Origin: the human T2T-CHM13v2.0 reference genome, Homo sapiens
NCBI RefSeq assembly: GCF_009914755.1
Contig: NC_060939.1
DNA: 64,000 nt
Direction: 5' to 3' (one strand)
The notes beneath the pieces are model-generated. The model was not told where the DNA came from, did no database searches, and saw nothing but the letters and a program-made list of their open reading frames with translations. The translations under genes and the position numbers were made by a program. Of this stretch, positions 62,110 through 64,000 are shown piece after piece (position 1 is the stretch's first letter; every line of letters starts with the position of its first letter).

Positions 62110-62927
62110 TTTCTTTTTCTCTCTTCCCCTCTTTCTTTCCTGCCTTCCTGCCTTTCTTCTTTTCTTCTTTCCTCCCTTCCTCCCTTCCTTCTTTCCTCCC
62201 GCCTCAGCCTCCCAAAGTGCTGGGATGACTGGCGGGAGGCACCATGCCTGCTTGGCCCAAAGAGACCCTCTTGGAAAGTGAGACGCAGAGAGCGCCTTCC
62301 AGTGATCTCATTGACTGATTTAGAGACGGCATCTCGCTCCGTCACCCCGGCAGTGGTGCCGTCGTAACTCACTCCCTGCAGCGTGGACGCTCCTGGACTC
62401 GAGCGATCCTTCCACCTCAGCCTCCAGAGTACAGAGCCTGGGACCGCGGGCACGCGCCACTGTGCCCACACCGTTTTTAATTGTTTTTTTTTCCCCCGAG
62501 ACAGAGTTTCACTCTCGTGGCCTAGACTGCAGTGCGGTGGCGCGATCTTGGCTCACCGCAACCTCTGCCTCCCGGTTTCAAGCGATTCTCCTGCATCGGC
62601 CTCCTGAGTAGCCGGGATTGCGGGCATGCGCTGCCACGTCTGGCTGATTTCGTATTTTTAGTGGAGACGGGGCTTCTCCATGTCGATCGGGCTGGTTTCG
62701 AACTCCCGACCTCAGGTGATCCGCCCTCCCCGGCCTCCGGAAGTGCTGGGATGACAGGCGTGAGCCACCGCGCCCGGCCTTCATTTTTAAATGTTTTCCC
62801 ACAGACGGGGTCTCATCATTTCTTTGCAACCCTCCTGCCCGGCGTCTCAAAGTGCTGGCGTGACGGGCGTGAGCCACTGCGCCTGGACTCCGGGGAATGA
62901 CTCACGACCACCATCGCTCTACTGATC

Positions 62928-62986
<59 letters not shown>

Positions 62987-64000
62987 GATGAATTATCTTA
63001 TGATTTATTTGTGTACTTATTTTCAGACGGAGTCTCGCTCTGGGCGGGGCGAGGCGAGGCGAGGCACAGCGCATCGCTTTGGAAGCCGCGGCAACGCCTT
63101 TCAAAGCCCCATTCGTATGCACAGAGCCTTATTCCCTTCCTGGAGTTGGAGCTGATGCCTTCCGTAGCCTTGGGCTTCTCTCCATTCGGAAGCTTTGACA
63201 GGCGCAACCCCACCCAGAGGCTGGCTGCGGCTGAGGATTAGGGGGTGTGTTGGGGCTGAAAACTGGGTCCCCTATTTTTGATACCTCAGCCGACACATCC
63301 CCCGACCGCCATCGCTTGCTCGCCCTCTGAGATCCCCCGCCTCCACCGCCTTGCAGGCTCACCTCTTACTTTCATTTCTTCCTTTCTTGCGTTTGAGGAG
63401 GGGGTGCGGGAATGAGGGTGTGTGTGGGGAGGGGGTGCGGGGTGGGGACGGAGGGGAGCGTCCTAAGGGTCGATTTAGTGTCATGCCTCTTTCACCACCA
63501 CCACCACCACCGAAGATGACAGCAAGGATCGGCTAAATACCGCGTGTTCTCATCTAGAAGTGGGAACTTACAGATGACAGTTCTTGCATGGGCAGAACGA
63601 GGGGGACCGGGGACGCGGAAGCCTGCTTGAGGGAGGAGGGGTGGAAGGAGAGACAGCTTCAGGAAGAAAACAAAACACGAATACTGTCGGACACAGCACT
63701 GACTACCCGGGTGATGAAATCATCTGCACACTGAACACCCCCGTCACAAGTTTACCTATGTCACAATCTTGCACATGTATGCTTGAACGACAAATAAAAG
63801 TTAGGGGGGAGAAGAGAGGAGAGAGAGAGAGAGAGAGAGACAGAGAGAGACAGAGAGAGAGAGAGAGGAGGGAGAGAGAAAACGAAACACCACCTCCTTG
63901 ACCTGAGTCAGGGGGTTTCTGGCCTTTTGGGAGAACGTTCAGCGACAATGCAGTATTTGGGCCCGTTCTTTTTTTTTCTTCTTCTTTTCTTTCTTTTTTT
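58430..64000. repeat. Proximal IGS of unit 2: the same Alus and microsatellites, start of Long repeat 1 (63458) and L1 3' end (63529-63802)
   Basis: Copy of 14481-20051. Confidence 0.93.

Overview
This window is human (hominid) ribosomal DNA: about 1.46 tandem, head-to-tail 45S/47S rDNA units on the + strand with a period of 43,949 bp (e.g. ORF 61..345 recurs at 44010..44294). It opens ~1.05 kb inside the 5'ETS of unit 1 and runs through 18S (2585-4453), ITS1, 5.8S (5528-5684), ITS2, 28S (6853-~11910), the 3'ETS and the Sal-box/R-repeat terminator region. A complete ~30.6 kb intergenic spacer (IGS) follows. It holds microsatellites, many Alus, two Long/'Butterfly' repeats with L1 3' ends and large CT blocks, a CDC27 retro-pseudogene and the spacer-promoter region. 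Then come the Pol I promoter (TSS 42895), a full second transcription unit and the first ~7.7 kb of its IGS. No functional protein-coding gene is supported: the long ORFs are GC-rich or low-complexity artefacts, apart from CDC27 pseudogene fragments. The locus is well known and I cannot claim a wholly new system. The best leads are: (i) a dispersed duplicated CTCF-like + RFX X-box-like module 10.15 kb apart in the IGS; (ii) the same TAATCC>TCATCC substitution in ~15 separate IGS Alus; (iii) a CDC27 retrocopy that appears to come from an intron-terminated, intronic-polyA transcript, with a recognisable target-site duplication (TSD); (iv) a spacer-promoter-like sequence containing a perfect 13-bp inverted repeat; and (v) a hidden ~200-260 bp higher-order repeat inside the CT blocks. 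Coordinates were read by eye; repeat boundaries are approximate.
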